From positions 39,124,001-39,188,000 of the forward strand of contig NC_086108.1 of assembly GCF_963921235.1 (NCBI RefSeq): a stretch of 64,000 nt of DNA. Direction: 5' to 3'. The stretch is from Mobula hypostoma. Lineage: Eukaryota. The notes under the pieces were generated by a model. That model saw only the letters and a list, made by a program, of their open reading frames with translations. It had not been told where the DNA came from and searched no databases. Shown here in pieces: positions 23,171 to 36,324 of this stretch; the stretch's first letter is position 1; each line of letters starts with the position of its first letter. The translations under genes and the position numbers were made by a program.

Positions 23171-25674
23171 CAGACCAGATTTTGCAGTTAGTCTAAAGTG
23201 AACAGGGCCACTGCTGACCTTTCAACGTGAAAAAAAATTTGCACATCTTTACTAGCCTCCCAGAGCCAACATAATGAAAACATGGGAGAGCTTTTCCTTC
23301 AGGAGGGCTGGCATGTCATTCTCTCCAGTGCGCCCACAAAGGGTATTTCCTATGAGTGGGTTTGGGATGAATGGGAACTTGTTTCACCCACAAAAATGAG
23401 GAAAAATCAGATAGAATTTGAGGTCACAATTCCAATCAAAGCAGGGATAACTTTATTCCAACTCTTCCTTTTAAACACATTAAAACTTCTTAAAATTTTC
23501 ATACCTCTAACTTTGTAAACGTTAAAAAAACATTTTTTAAAAACTAAATTAACAAACCATCAATGAGTTTGTTTCTAAATATTCTCAGTGAGAATTTATT
23601 TTTTTAATCTAGTTTGCAACTCTTTAAATTGGCAAACGATTACCTGAACATCTCTCAGCTATTCTCTGCATTTCCTGAGACATGGTACCGAATTTTCTAT
23701 CGAGATTTCAGAGCAGGTACAAGACAAACACATGTTCCCTCATTGGTTTTAAGCTCAACATGAAACTATGTAGTCTAAAATGGCATAATTTAACTGATAG
23801 AAATTTTGATATTTCCACTTTCAAAATAACATGCATACTGCTATAGGTGACATTTTTGAGGAGCAACATTGGTGAACATAGCTAGTATGGATGTTGTTAA
23901 ACCTGAAATACTTGGACTTACTTCTTTGTCTTAGATCTCTGCTACTTCCTTTACAAAGCACAGGATCACATATTCATCACAATCAATTCTATCATCAACT
24001 TCCATACGGTTATGGCTATTGTCCACCTTAAAATAACTAGAGAAACAAGGGAACACCATGAAGGACAGTGAAAAGAAAGGTCCATCAAGCTATCAAATCA
24101 ATTATTCTTTGCTGATCGATTCACTATATTGTACTTCAGTTCAGGTTCAAATTCTGAATTTTAATCTCTAAAGTAAGCAGTTAATTTGAATCAAACAGAA
24201 ACAAAATATATAAAATACTCATCATCAACCAACTAATTATACCAATTCTACATTAATTCGAATACAACACCAACATACTCTAGTTTTGGAAACAAATACT
24301 CTTGGGATAATGTCAAATTTCATACTTCATGTCACTGAATTTGACGGTATTTTTCTTCAATCAAATACAAGATTTGGCAGCTTCAATTTGTTTTTTTTAA
24401 ATAAAGAATACATTTTTAAAACTGCGCTGAAAAACACTAATAATAGTCTTAAGAAAGTCCAATTTAAGAACCATAAATATCCAGCATAAATCAACTATTA
24501 TTTTCAGTTCCTCTATGTTCCCAGAAGGCAACTTCGAAAATTGTTTTCTGACTGCAAAAAGACTCTGTTACAAAACGCTGATGATTCAGTGCCACGTTCA
24601 CAAGTCCATGTGAGGTGAATTATTTTTAAGCAAACAACCAACTGAAGCAACATCTTCATGACTGAATAACATTTGTGAAAACAAGCATCCAGAAGGGGCA
24701 AACTGATATTTGCAAATTCCTTGATGTGTTATATGACTATTCACTGATATTTACATAAACCTTTGGAGCCTAGTTAAATAATCTGCATATGGAACATGCT
24801 GTGTGAATGTAAGCATTGAAGAAAACTAATGTTAAACTTCCTGTACTATGAACAGAAAACTTCACATCCCAATTCACAAGGAATGGATAGCATAATTCAT
24901 TATTTCCGTCTTATGACAGGAATTTAAACCTTGATCACAATTTGTTCATTTGTCTTGTCTTCTATTGTACACATTTCTGCTTTGATGTTTTGCACTTTGG
25001 TCTTGATCCTTGAACTTGGTTTCTCAAATTAATGAGAGATATAAAGGACCCTCCTAATTTTCTTGTTACTAAAGGCTATACAGAACAGATGGAAATGGAT
25101 CAGCAGATACCCACTTAGATTTGTTTGAGAAAGGCATCAGATTTAGCTGGAATGTTTCCAAAATTTGCCATTTACACTTAAGCAAGAATTGAAATTAAAT
25201 TCATATTGTTAAAATTAAGGACTAAATCTGATAATAAACTCATTCAGAAACAAAATAGTTGCTTGAATTCTCAACGGAAATAAAGCTTATGTTAAATCTT
25301 TGTTCACAATGAGTAACATAATTAGTTTTATTATAAAGGATATCCTTAAATTTCACTAATCTAGAGCAAAGTATAAAACTGAATCCTTCATCTAAACTGT
25401 TTACATTATTCTCCAAGGTGGTGATTTAATAAATATTGTCAGATAAACCAGTTTTTGAGTACATTCCCATTAATGATAGAGATCCCATCATTTAGGACAA
25501 AGTCAAAGGGTATATGGGAATACTACCATTTTCCCTTTGTTCTTACATTATTCTGACATGGAAGTACACCTTCATTCCTTTAATATCACTGTGTGAAAAA
25601 AGCCAACACTGCATTGACTTCATCAGCTGAGTAAGGTGGCTCAACACTGCTGATTATAGCGAGCAGCCATAACA

Positions 25675-26000
25675 GAGTGGATGTGGATGGGATGTTTCGC
25701 AGATCATGGATTCATTACAACAAGGGTTACGGACAAGAAGGAGTTGCCCATTTAAGACAAAGGTGGGCCAAATCTAATCCTAAGGGTCATATGCCTTTGG
25801 AACTTAAGCTCAATGGGCAGGGGATGCAGAATCTTTAATGTTTGAGGAAGAAACAGATCAATGCTTGATAGGGAAAGTAGAGAAAGGTTACCCAGAACGG
25901 ACAGCAATGTGGAGTTGAGGTTGCAATCAGTTCAGTCATGATCACACTAAATGGCGGAGCAAGCTAGAAGGCCTATTCACGCCTCTAACTTCTACGTTCA
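25675..26000 (+). mobile_element. Decayed CR1 3' end
   Basis: gagtggatgtggatgggatgtttc...cccatttaagac...tggagttgagg...tcatgatcacactaaatggcggagcaagct tail. Confidence 0.6.
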
Positions 26001-27104
26001 TTTCACTTTTTTAATTACTATATCAGTTTTAGAAACTGTGCAGCCTTTCAGCTATTGTAGGACAAGATACTGATGATCTGTGGTCAGCTGAAAACAAAGA
26101 AAATTGCACTGGAGAATGCCAAGACCATGTAAAGAACAAATTAAGCCATTTACATGCCGTTTGTGTTTCAAATGTACATATATTCCTATGTACATGACTT
26201 CAATTTACACAAATTCATTCCTCCCATTACATATTCAGAATTTACTGCAACAACCAATATACTTACTTAACTTTCCTAAGGTAACCCAATTCTCTAAATA
26301 CAGTGGTCTTTTAGGACTTGACTAAATGTCAGCATCATTAATGCACTTAATCTCTCATTGGAGACTAACAAGCAAAACAAAGTAAAACAGAGGAAAGCTA
26401 CAGGCCCCCAAAAAGCTCCATTTCAATAACAAAACTGTGCAACTTTTCCCGAAACAGAAACAGAATCGGAAGACTAAGCAATCACACAACCTGTGCTTAA
26501 AAGTAAGTACATTGACAGTATCGCCACATTAAATAATTCAACATAATTCTTTTCCGTTACCTAACATACCTTCTTCAGCAAGAGACTGCCAAAATAAAGG
26601 TAATTGTTTGAGTCTGGTAAACTGATCACCTACAGAGCTGCAGATTTAACAGGCAGTCTGGCTGGTGGAACTACTACAGGGCCAAAATCATCATCTGGAG
26701 TTAAGGTATAGATCTTCCTAAACTAAAAATCTAAATGAACAATGAAGTAATCCCAAGGGTCTGAATAAACAACTCTTGTCTCAATATTCCTTTTTGGACA
26801 AACTTTTTCCAAAAATAAATTGGAAAACAAAATGGGTGCCTCAGGTCAATGAGATTTTTATAATACTGTAGTTCCAAAACAAATAAAAAGATTTATTGTC
26901 AGCAATAATGATTGTTTCACTTCAGATAAAAGAAAGGAATGTAAAGAATTGCCCCAAGAGAAAATTCGGAATGTGTGAACTTAACATTGGAGGAGAAGGC
27001 AATATTACAATGTATGGCCCAAATAAGGCCTTTTGCACAAAAGTAGAATATAGAGAACAAAATAGTGAACTATATTTAACATGGGGAGCATAACACAATA
27101 TCCA

Positions 27105-28262
27105 TTATTGGAATCAAGTTTAGCATCACTAGCATATGTTGTGAAATTTGTTGTCTTTGCAGTAGCAGTACAATGCAATACATAGTATTACAAAAAATTG
27201 ACTTACAGTAAATATATATATATACATATAAATGCACATATATATTATATACACACACATACATATGCACACGCACACACGTATGTATATTAGTTAAATT
27301 AAGTGGTGCAAAAAGAGAAAAGGAAGTATTGAAATAGTGTTCATAGGTTCAATGTCCATTCAGAAATCTGATGGTGGAGTGGAAGAAGCTGTTGCTGAAT
27401 CATTGAGTGTTGGCTTCAGGTTCCTGTACCTCCTTCCTGATGGTAACAATGAGAACAACACACGACCTGGGTGATGGGGTCCTTAATGATGGACGCCATT
27501 GTTTTAAGACATCGCTTCTTGAAGATGTCCTAGGTTAGTGCCCATAATGGAACTGACTTAGTTTACAATGTACTGAAGCTCATTTCAATCCTGTGGAGTA
27601 GCCTCTCTGTACCAGACATTGTTGCAGCCAGTTAGAATGCCCTCCACAGTGCATCTGTAGAAATCTGCCAAATCTCCTTAATGAAATATGGCCACTGTCA
27701 TGGCGTCTTTGTAGCTGCATCGGTATGTTGGGTCCAGGTTAGATCTCAGAAATATTGACACCCAGGAGCTTGAAACTGCTCACTCTCTCCACTTCTGATC
27801 CCTCTATGAGGACTGGTGTGTGTTTCCTTGTCTTACTCTTTCTGAAGTTCATAATCAGTTCTTTGGTCTTACTGACACTGAGTGCGAAGTTGTTTCTGCG
27901 ACATCACTCCACTAACTAGTATATCTCACTCCTGTACACCCTCTCATCACCATCTGAAATTCTGCCAATAATACATGTATCATCAGTAAATTTATAGATG
28001 GCATTTGAGCTGTGCCTGGACACACAGTCATGGGTGTAGAGCAGTGGGCTAAGCACACATCACTGAGGCGTGCCAATGTCGATTGTCAGCAAGATGGAGA
28101 TGTTATTTCCAATTCTTACAGATTGTGGTCTTCTGGTTAGGAAGTCGAGGATCCAGTTGCAGAGAGAGGTTCTAAGGTTCTGGAACTTTTCAATCAGAAC
28201 TGTAGGAATGATTGTGTTAAACACTAAGCAATAGTCAATAAACAGCATCCTGACATAGATAT
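27105..28262 (-). mobile_element. Rex1/Babar-like element, 3' ~1.15 kb, including a (TA/CA)n microsatellite at ~27210-27290
   Basis: ORF 28060-28278 [18 protein letters not shown]...[19 protein letters not shown]...GTPQ; RT motif IYKFTDD; same C-terminus as the 941 copy. Confidence 0.85.
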
Positions 28263-28420
28263 TGTGACATGGCTGCAAGATACTTAGAATGGAATATGAA
28301 AGGTTACAAGATTTATAAAATGGTAAATATATTTATTTACTTAACGATAAAGCTCCTAGTAGGCCCTTCCAGTCCTTTGACCCAGCAACCCTGACAAATC
28401 CAATTAACTATAATGTAATC

Positions 28421-28825
28421 CTGACTTATGGACCATTTCTCCATCAATAGAAAAAGAGACTAGAAACAGCTGAATTATGGTTCTACAGGAGAGTATTAAA
28501 AATATCATGGACCACACACACATCAAATGAAGAAATTCTCAGAGAGAGCTCAAGCAGTTCGATCACTCATACCAACAACAAGAGAAAAACAACTCAGATT
28601 CCTAGGACACATCATGCAGAAAGATGAACTAGAAAAACTCATATTCACTGGAAAGATTGAGGGGAGTAAACCTAGAGGAAGACCTCGGCTTTTGTACATC
28701 AAAAGCATAGCCAGGTGGCTACACATTGAGGAAATGGAAGTCATCCAAAAAACAAAGGATAGATCTATATGGAAAACCATGGTCACCAAAGTCCGCATCG
28801 GATATGGTACCTAGACAGACAGACA
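28421..28825 (+). mobile_element. RTE-clade LINE 3' fragment with (AGAC)n tail
   Basis: ORF 28527-28814 QLRFLGHIMQKDELEKLIFTGKIEGSKPRGRPR...DRSIWK; flanked by the GTAATC direct repeat at 28415-20 and 28826-31. Confidence 0.85.
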
Positions 28826-28854
28826 GTAATCACAGGCCAATTTACAATAACCAG

Positions 28855-29680
28855 CTTAGGAAAGTTAATGGCACCTAACAGCGACTCCTTTGCTTGCATC
28901 TTCAGAAACAGCTATTTCCATCTTTAATACCTTTAGATTTTCCTTTTTAGGATTCTTTTGAAGACCCAGACCTGGAGTTACACGTTGACCACCGTTCTTT
29001 GCGGGAATGGGACCCGCTCTCAAGGTTTCACAATCTGGCCGTTGTTCGGCATGCCAAGGGCTTGGCCTAACAGCTCTGCTTGCCTTCAGAGGACCAAATT
29101 TTCATGGCTCTGGTGGGGGGGAATCAAAAGTCGGTGTCCGAGCAGAAGACCGGTGTGTCGTGGGAGATGGAAGATCTAAGGCTGTGCTGTGTGCCCAGAG
29201 ACCCGAGATGTTTGAGCACAGAGCTTGGAAAAAGCAATGCAACTGACTTTTACCATCATAAACCAGTGAGTTGTTTGTTATGTCTCCCCTCTTGCTATAA
29301 AAAACAGAGACAGCTCTTTCTCCCTTATTGGGGAGAGAGAGAGCCTGTGGTATGTCGAATGCCGGGTGAACAATGTAGCCTTTGGGTTAACTGTAAGTCT
29401 GTGTCTTTTCTATTGCTTTGCTCACGCTTGAGTGCTTGGTGGTGGGTACTGCCGCTTTTATTTTGCCGTGGGCAGAAGGGGATTGTTGCTTGCTGCCGCT
29501 TATGCGTGGGAGGGAGGGGAGCTGTGGGTGGGGGGGACTTTGGCGTTCTAACATTTAACTGTTGTTCACCCTTTGGGGGCACTCCTCTGTTTTCATGGAT
29601 GGTTGCGAAGAAAAAGCATTTCAAGATGTATATTGTATACATTTCTCTGACTTTAAATGTACCTTTGAAACCTTTGAAAC
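28855..29680 (+). mobile_element. Non-autonomous retroelement with Rex1-like 3' tail
   Basis: Non-coding body ending tgtatattgtatacatttctctgactttaaatgtacc(tttgaaacc)2, similar to Rex1-like 3' UTR tails elsewhere in the window; interrupts a SINE. Confidence 0.55.
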
Positions 29681-30222
29681 AAATTAACCTGTATGTCTTT
29701 GGACCGTAGGAGGAAACCAGAGCACCTGGGGAAAAGTCATATTCTGTGCGGAGAACGTACAGACTCCTTGCCAAGGGTGCCAGAATTGAACTCCGAACTC
29801 TAGAACACCCTTTGCTGTAGTAACATCACACTAACCGCTATACTACTGTGGCACCCAAGTAGATGAGGTGAAATAATTCTGATGACTGAAGCACAAATCA
29901 CTGTAATGATAAAAAGATCTAACAGAAGGTAAACTGACAACAAATGTCTATAAACTAGAATTAAGAGATGTAATAAGACTTAATTCTGCTGTGTATTTTT
30001 GTTTTACACATAAGTTAGAAGATGGCGAAATTGTGTAATGCAATAATGAAGAGACTGGTCAGCTTTTAAATGGGTTGAGGAAGCAGGTGAGTTCACTTTA
30101 GAATGGTAGAGAAATTTTTGCCTGTATTTGGGATGGTTTTCTTCAACAATATGAACCAGAACCAACAATGGGACAAATTGCATTATATTCTGTTCATAGT
30201 GCATGAGCACTTAGTTGATAAT

Positions 30223-32045
30223 TTGTTGTTGTTCAGTTGTTAAGTCGAGTCTGACTCTTCGTGACCTCATGGACACCTGCACACCAAGTCTTCCTGTTGG
30301 AAACTGCCTAAGATCCCCCAAGGTCATACGCATTGTCTGAGTAATATTATCTATCCATTGTAGCCTCTGTTATCCTCTCCTTCTTTTACCTTCTTTTTAC
30401 CTAACATGAGAGTCTTCTCCAAGATATCCTGACTTTTCATGATGTGGCCAAAATATATAAGCCTTTGTCTCATAATCAAGCCTCGCAGTGAGCAGTCCAC
30501 TGTATTTCTTCAAGTGTAGACTTGTTGGATCTTTCTGTTGCCCAACGAACTCGAACACTTTCCTCCAGCATCCATGTTCAAAGGCATCGATTCTTTTGTA
30601 TTCAGCCTTACCAACAGTCCAGCTCTCATAGCCATACATCACAACTGGAAATACCGTAGACTTGACTATACAGATCTTCGTAGACAATCTTATGTCTCTG
30701 CTCTTCAGTATTTTATCTAAATTTGCCATTCCTGCCCTCCCCAGAAGTAAGTGTCATTTAATTTTGAGACTGCAGTTACCATCTACAGAAATCTTTGAAC
30801 CGCGGAAGACAAAATCCTTCACTGCTTCCATTTCCTTTCCATTTATTACCATTGGGTTAATAGGACATAATATTGAGCAACAGGCCAGCTTTTGAACCTT
30901 TTTCTTTCACTTTGATTAGAAGTTTCCTCAGATCTTCCTTACTTACAGCCATTAGAGTAGTACCATCTGCATATCTGAGGTTGTTAATATTTCGTCCGGC
31001 AACTTGATTCCAACATTTGAGTTCTCTAGACCAGCATTCCTCATGATGTGTTCAGCATATAGATTAATTAAGTAGGGTGACAGTATTCAGCCTTGTTGTA
31101 TTCCTTTCTCAATCTTGAATCAGTCTGTTGTTCTGTGTTCAGTTCTGACTGTTGCTTCTAGATCTTCATACGAGTTTCTCATAAGGCAGGTCAGAAGTCC
31201 AGGTATCCCCATTTCTTTAAGGATTTGCCGTAGTTTATTATGGTCCACACAGTTGAAGGCTTTAGAGTAGTCAACAAAACATAGATAAATACTTTTCTGG
31301 AATTCTCTTGATTTCTCCATTGTCCAGCGTAGGTTAGCAATTTGATCTCTGGTGCCCCTGCCTTTTCTAAAACCAGCTTGTACATCTGGCTGTTCTCATT
31401 CTGTATATTACTGGAGCCTTGCTTACATGATCTTTAGCATTACCTTGCTAGCATGTGAAATTAGTGAAATTGTTCAGTAATTTGAACATTCCTTAACATT
31501 TCCCTTCTTGGGAATTGGGTTATAAACTGATCTTTCCAGGTCTAAAGGACATTGTTGGGTTTTCCAGATCTGCTGGCAAATTGCATGCAACACTTTTACA
31601 GCATCACCTTTTAAAATTTTAAACAACTCAACTGGAATCCTGCCACATCCTGCAGCCTTATTGTTGGCAAAGTTTTCTATCAGCCATTCAACTTCAGCTT
31701 CCAGAATGTCCAGCTCCAGATCGATGAGGGAGTTATTCCAGGTGTCTTCGCTGTTGGGATCTTTCCTGTACAATTTTTCTGTGTATTCCTGCCATCTCTT
31801 TTTGATGTCTTCTGTTTCTGTAAGGTCCTTCCCTTCTTTGTCCTTTACTATACTCATTTTTGTATGAAATGTTCCTTTGATTTCTCTAATCTTCCTGAAT
31901 AGATTTTTCCAATTCTGTTGGCTTCTCTAGCTTCTTTGCATCGCTCCTTTAAGTAGGTTTCCTCACCTTTCCTTGCTATCTTCTTGAACTTGGCGTTCAG
32001 TTGAAAGTATTTGTTCTAATCTCTATCGGCCTTCACTGCTCAGCT
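30223..32045 (-). mobile_element. BovB-like RTE LINE, 5'-truncated (1.8 kb)
   Basis: DLTETEDIKKRWQEYTEKLY, LYAEHIMRNAGL...NINNLRYADGTTLMA and NLDKILKSRDIRLSTK..VFPVVMYGYESWT..AEYKRIDAFE. 3' end gagtcagactcgacttaacaactgaac(aac)n. TSD acttagttgataat (30209-22) / acttacttgatcat (32046-59). Confidence 0.88.
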
Positions 32046-33579
32046 ACTTACTTGATCATACTTACTTTAAAAGGTGAAGTACAGAAGTTTAAGGATTCTA
32101 TATTTAAGTAAGACTGACTTCAACAAGATAAGACAGGAACCTTCCACAGAAAAATGTCCAAATCCAAGTAAAATGGCAGAAGAAGAGTTGGAGAACGTAG
32201 ACAAACAAAGTTAAAGCCCAGCTTGTACCCCAAAATAGCCAAGACATAACTTGCTAAAAGAAAATGTGTAATCACGGACAATGAAACAGTGACTGAAAAG
32301 TAAAACATAAAAGTTAAGAAAGCATCCTGCACTGACCTATGAGCTGGCACAGAGGCAAAGGATAACATTTCAAAACAGATACAAAAGAGCAGTAACTGGA
32401 ACACACAAAAAAACTTGCCTGTGATATCAAAATAAATGCAGATTCTTTTTTGATTTATTCATTGAGAAACAGTTTGCTCGGTTATGATGTTTGCTCCTTC
32501 AAACTTAAAGTGGTGAAAGTGCAAATATAAATTTTTAAAAAAAGGAGATGCTGAATAAATATTTAGGTGAACATTTACTAGGCCACATAACCTGTGGAAA
32601 CCAGTATCAAGTAACTGACAGACACTTTCCAAAATTAATGTCAGTAAATTAAAAGGAGAAAACAATGACAACTCTCCCCAAACTAGAATCCTTCTGCTTT
32701 TAAGTTTTATAAGTAGTGAGAAACATATTAATCTTCCAAGCACCTTCTTAAATTTACCAAATTTTTGCACTTCGATTCAAGCAATTTGAGGAGACAGTGA
32801 AGGTGAGAGTTCAGGAAGGGGGAAAATAGGAAGGTAGTCAGAAACAAAGAATTATTGACCAGTTTATTGACATTTATTGACAGGAAATTGCAGAGCAGGT
32901 AACAGGAAATACCAAGTGAAGTCCTTGAAAATTTCCCATAGAAACCTAGCAAGGATTTGTCAAGAGCATATAATATCTGAAAACTGAAATTATTTTTGAA
33001 GAGATGCAATATTAGTGATTGGGTTTCTCTGAATACTACTTGTGTGGACTTTCCACACACATTCATCTGTAGTCCTGTTTACAAATTGTTAGGCAAACTT
33101 GAAGCTCACTGAACTGAGGGCAAGTTACTTGAATGGCTTGGAAATTTCGCTGAGTAGCAGGAGGCAGAAAGCATAAATAATTTTCAAGTACTCAAATCAG
33201 CAGGACATAATCTGTGGTACTCCACAGACATCTGTATTGGGCAAAGTACGTAACTATTTACCACACTTGTAAACAAATAGGATGAGCAGAGATTAACAGA
33301 AAGATTACAGAAGTGAATGAACCTCTTTAGCCGCTGTGACTTTGTTATCTGTGTGAAAGAACAGCTCATCCCAATCACTAAACAGCCTCCTCATAAATAT
33401 ACATTTTCATTTCAGATACTTATCCAGTCCCATTTAAGCAACAGAACTGAGTCTGCCTCCTTGTTCCTCTTCCACTATAATGAAATGGAAAGCCATGAAT
33501 CTAAGTTTGCCAGTGACATGAAGATGGTCCAAGAAAGGCAACAGATTTGGCTGTGTAGATGGAACATCAGATTGTAGAC

Positions 33580-33915
33580 AATAAGATCATAAGATATAGG
33601 AGCAGAAGTAGGCCATTCAGCCCATCAAGTCTGCTCTGCCATTCAATCATGAGCTGATCCAATTCTTCCAGTCATCCCCACTCCCCTGCCTTCACCCCAT
33701 AACCTTTGATGCCCTAGCTAATCAAGAACCTATCTATCTCTGCTTTCAATACACTCAATGACTTGGCCTCTACAGCTGCTCGTGGCAACAAATTCCAGAG
33801 ATTTGCCACCCTCTGACTAAAGTAACTTCTCCACATCGCAGTTCGAAAAGGATGTCCTTCAATTCTGAAGCTGTGCCCTCTTGCCTTAAGAATCCCCTAC
33901 CATGGGAAGTAACTT
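33580..33915 (-). mobile_element. CR1 3' end fragment (younger)
   Basis: ataagatcataagatataggagcagaagtaggccattcagcccatcaagtctgctctgccattcaatcatg, the antisense CR1 tail. Confidence 0.85.
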
Positions 33916-34942
33916 GTAACGCAAATTGTAATGCAAAACAATAAATTCATGATGGGAAAGGCAATGGAAAATGAACCACGATGCAGTTAACTGTGATGTA
34001 TTTAAATCTGAACTTAAAAAATCAAATAGTAGTTGCCAATAGAACACCAAAATGAATGAAAACGATATAATAGTCAAATGAAAAAAAAAGTCATTGGGAT
34101 GCCACCCATTATAACCAGAGAATGCAAATAAATGGGAGAAATTACCTTACAGCTGCAAAAAGCATCATTCATGGTTTTAAATATGCATTTCTGAGCTTCA
34201 CATTTTAGAAAGAATATGCGGGAGTACATAATAGACAGCTGGATTCTTCCAGATAAATCATGAGTACCTACTACCAAAATTTGAGTAGAATTCTCTTAGA
34301 CTTTAACACCTAAGATGCAAAATTGATTAAGATACAGTAGGTAAAAAGAATCAATTTCTGCTGGAATATGAAGATAAAATTGATGGAAATATTCAGAAGG
34401 TTAGGAAGCACCTCTGGAGAGGAAAGCAGAGTGCAAATTTTGTGCCAGTGTCCAAGCAATTCTGATGAGAGGCCACCATTCTGAAACAGATTTCCAGAAT
34501 TCTTTGTTTCCACTTCAGCTTTCTAACAGTTATACAGTTCTGCTTAGGGATGAAAATTCAACAGAGTTGACTAGATTTTCTAGCACAAGGAGGCATGGTC
34601 TGAAAATTAGGGGATAAGTCAAAGCAGGAAGAACAGAGAGAGGTTGTCGCTTGCAACTTCCTTACATGTCACTTGATGTTGGGAAAATTAATTTTAAATC
34701 TGAAGTTGAAAGACTTTTGCTAAATATTAGTCACAAATAAGTCTTTTTCTGGGTGGCAAAATATAATAAATTTCACAGGGACTGGTAGTGGGCCCTCAGC
34801 ATTTTAGGGTTTATACAAAGGTTTTCGATGAAGGGAGAAAATCATAATTTACTGATGAACCAAAGCTAGTGGAAAATAAGTCGTGAAGAGGACATATGGT
34901 ATATCCATTTGTAACCTGTTAAGTGAGTGAGCAAAGCTGAAG

Positions 34943-35740
34943 AATATCAGAATCAGGATTAATATCACCGGCATATGTTGTGAAATTTGTTAACTCAGCA
35001 GCAGCCGTACAATGCACTACATGATAATATAGGAAAAAAGTACATCAATTACAGTAAGTATATATATGTGTCGCTCCTTGAAGATGTCTTTGATACTATG
35101 GAGGCTAGTACCCAAGATGGAGCTGACTGATTTCACAACTTTCTGTAGGTTCTTTCAATCCTGTGATGCAGCCTGTCAGAATGCTCTCCATAGTACATCT
35201 GTAGAAGTTTTCAAGTGCTTTAGGTGACAAACCAAATCTCCTCAACTCCTAATGAAATACAGTATAGCCATTGCCTTGCCTTATTTATAGCTGCATCGAT
35301 ATGTTGGGACCTGGTTAGATCAAAGAATTTGAAGTTGCCTACTTTCTCCACTTCTAATCCCTCTATGAGGATTTATTTGTGGTCCCTCATCCTGCTCTTT
35401 CTGAAGCCCATAATCAGCTCTTTGGTCTTACTGACATCATTGAATGCAAGATTGCTGCTGTGACACCACTCAACTAGTTGCTATATCTCGCTCCTGTACG
35501 CCCTCTGGCCTCCATCTGAGATTCAGCCAACAATGGTTCCATCATCAGCAAATTTATAGATGGCATTTGAGCTATGCCTAGCCACACAGTCATGTATATA
35601 GAGAGAGTAGAGCAGTGGGCTAAGCACACACTCCTGAGGTACACCAGTGTTGATGATCAACGAGGAGGAGGTGCTATTACCAATCCGCAGATTGTGGTTT
35701 TCTGGTTAGGAAGTTGAGGATCCAATTGCAGAGGGAGGTA
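34943..35740 (-). mobile_element. Rex1/Babar-like fragment
   Basis: Homologous to 27105-28262 (atcagcaaatttatagatggcatttgagct, ggttaggaagttgaggatcca). Confidence 0.8.
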
Positions 35741-35924
35741 TGGAGTAGGATATGAGAGAATTGTCTGCTTTTGTAGGAAATATACAATGAAACATTATCT
35801 ACAAGTTGAGGGACTGAGAAGATTTGAGAAGTAGAGGGATTAGAGTTTCCAGTGTATTATTAATAGATGGATAGTATGCGAAACAGCAAATAATCAGAAA
35901 GGCTTACAGAAGTTATTGTTTATT

Positions 35925-36105
35925 GCTCTTCCTCCTGCCATCTGATTTCTGAATGGACATTGAACCCATTAACACTATCTCACTACTTTTTTTTAATTTT
36001 CATTTTTGCACTACTCAGTTAACTATTGTATATATAATAGTCACAAAGACAAAACATTTCACAACATATGCAGTGATATTAAACCTGATTCTGTTTCTGA
36101 TTCTG
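35925..36105 (+). mobile_element. Rex1-like 3' UTR/tail
   Basis: gccatctgatttctgaatggac...gatattaaacctgattctgtttctgattctga tail. Confidence 0.6.
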
Positions 36106-36324
36106 AATACAAAGGGAGGGAGGTGATTATTCATTTATATATGAGATGACATCTGGAGTACATTACATTTCCTTATATAAGAAAAGATGGCAGTGCGATC
36201 TAAGAATGCAGAGAAGTTTTTGCTAGATTAAGACCAGGAATGTGTGGATCGTCACAAGGGGAAAAATTGGCAGAGTTAGATTTGTATTTTTTAAATATTT
36301 AAACATAAGAGAGAAGCTAGCCAA

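Larger units (their letters stand above)
28330..29857 (-). mobile_element. V-SINE-like SINE split by two insertions (28421-28825 and ~28855-29680)
   Basis: aggcccttcc...caattaac..gtaatc | acaggccaatttacaataacc | aattaacc..gtatgtctttggaccgtaggaggaaaccagagcacc...gaattgaactc...ctaaccgcta. Confidence 0.7.
32440..36300 (+). mobile_element. Patchwork of very old CR1 remnants hosting younger insertions
   Basis: Scattered CR1-like phrases (atctggattttc-like, taagtttgccagtgacatgaagatgg, gaatacaaagggagggagg). Boundaries are poorly defined. Confidence 0.45.

Noticed and set aside
26570..26585. 16-nt microexon-like segment (ttttggcag|TCTCTTGCTGAAGAAG|gtatgt) on the DENND1B strand
   Set aside because: It would frameshift and has no protein similarity; such pseudo-sites are expected by chance in a 31-kb intron.
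29080..29709. 209-aa ORF and overlapping 149-aa antisense ORF
   Set aside because: Both lie within a non-autonomous repeat and cross into a SINE, with no recognisable motifs.
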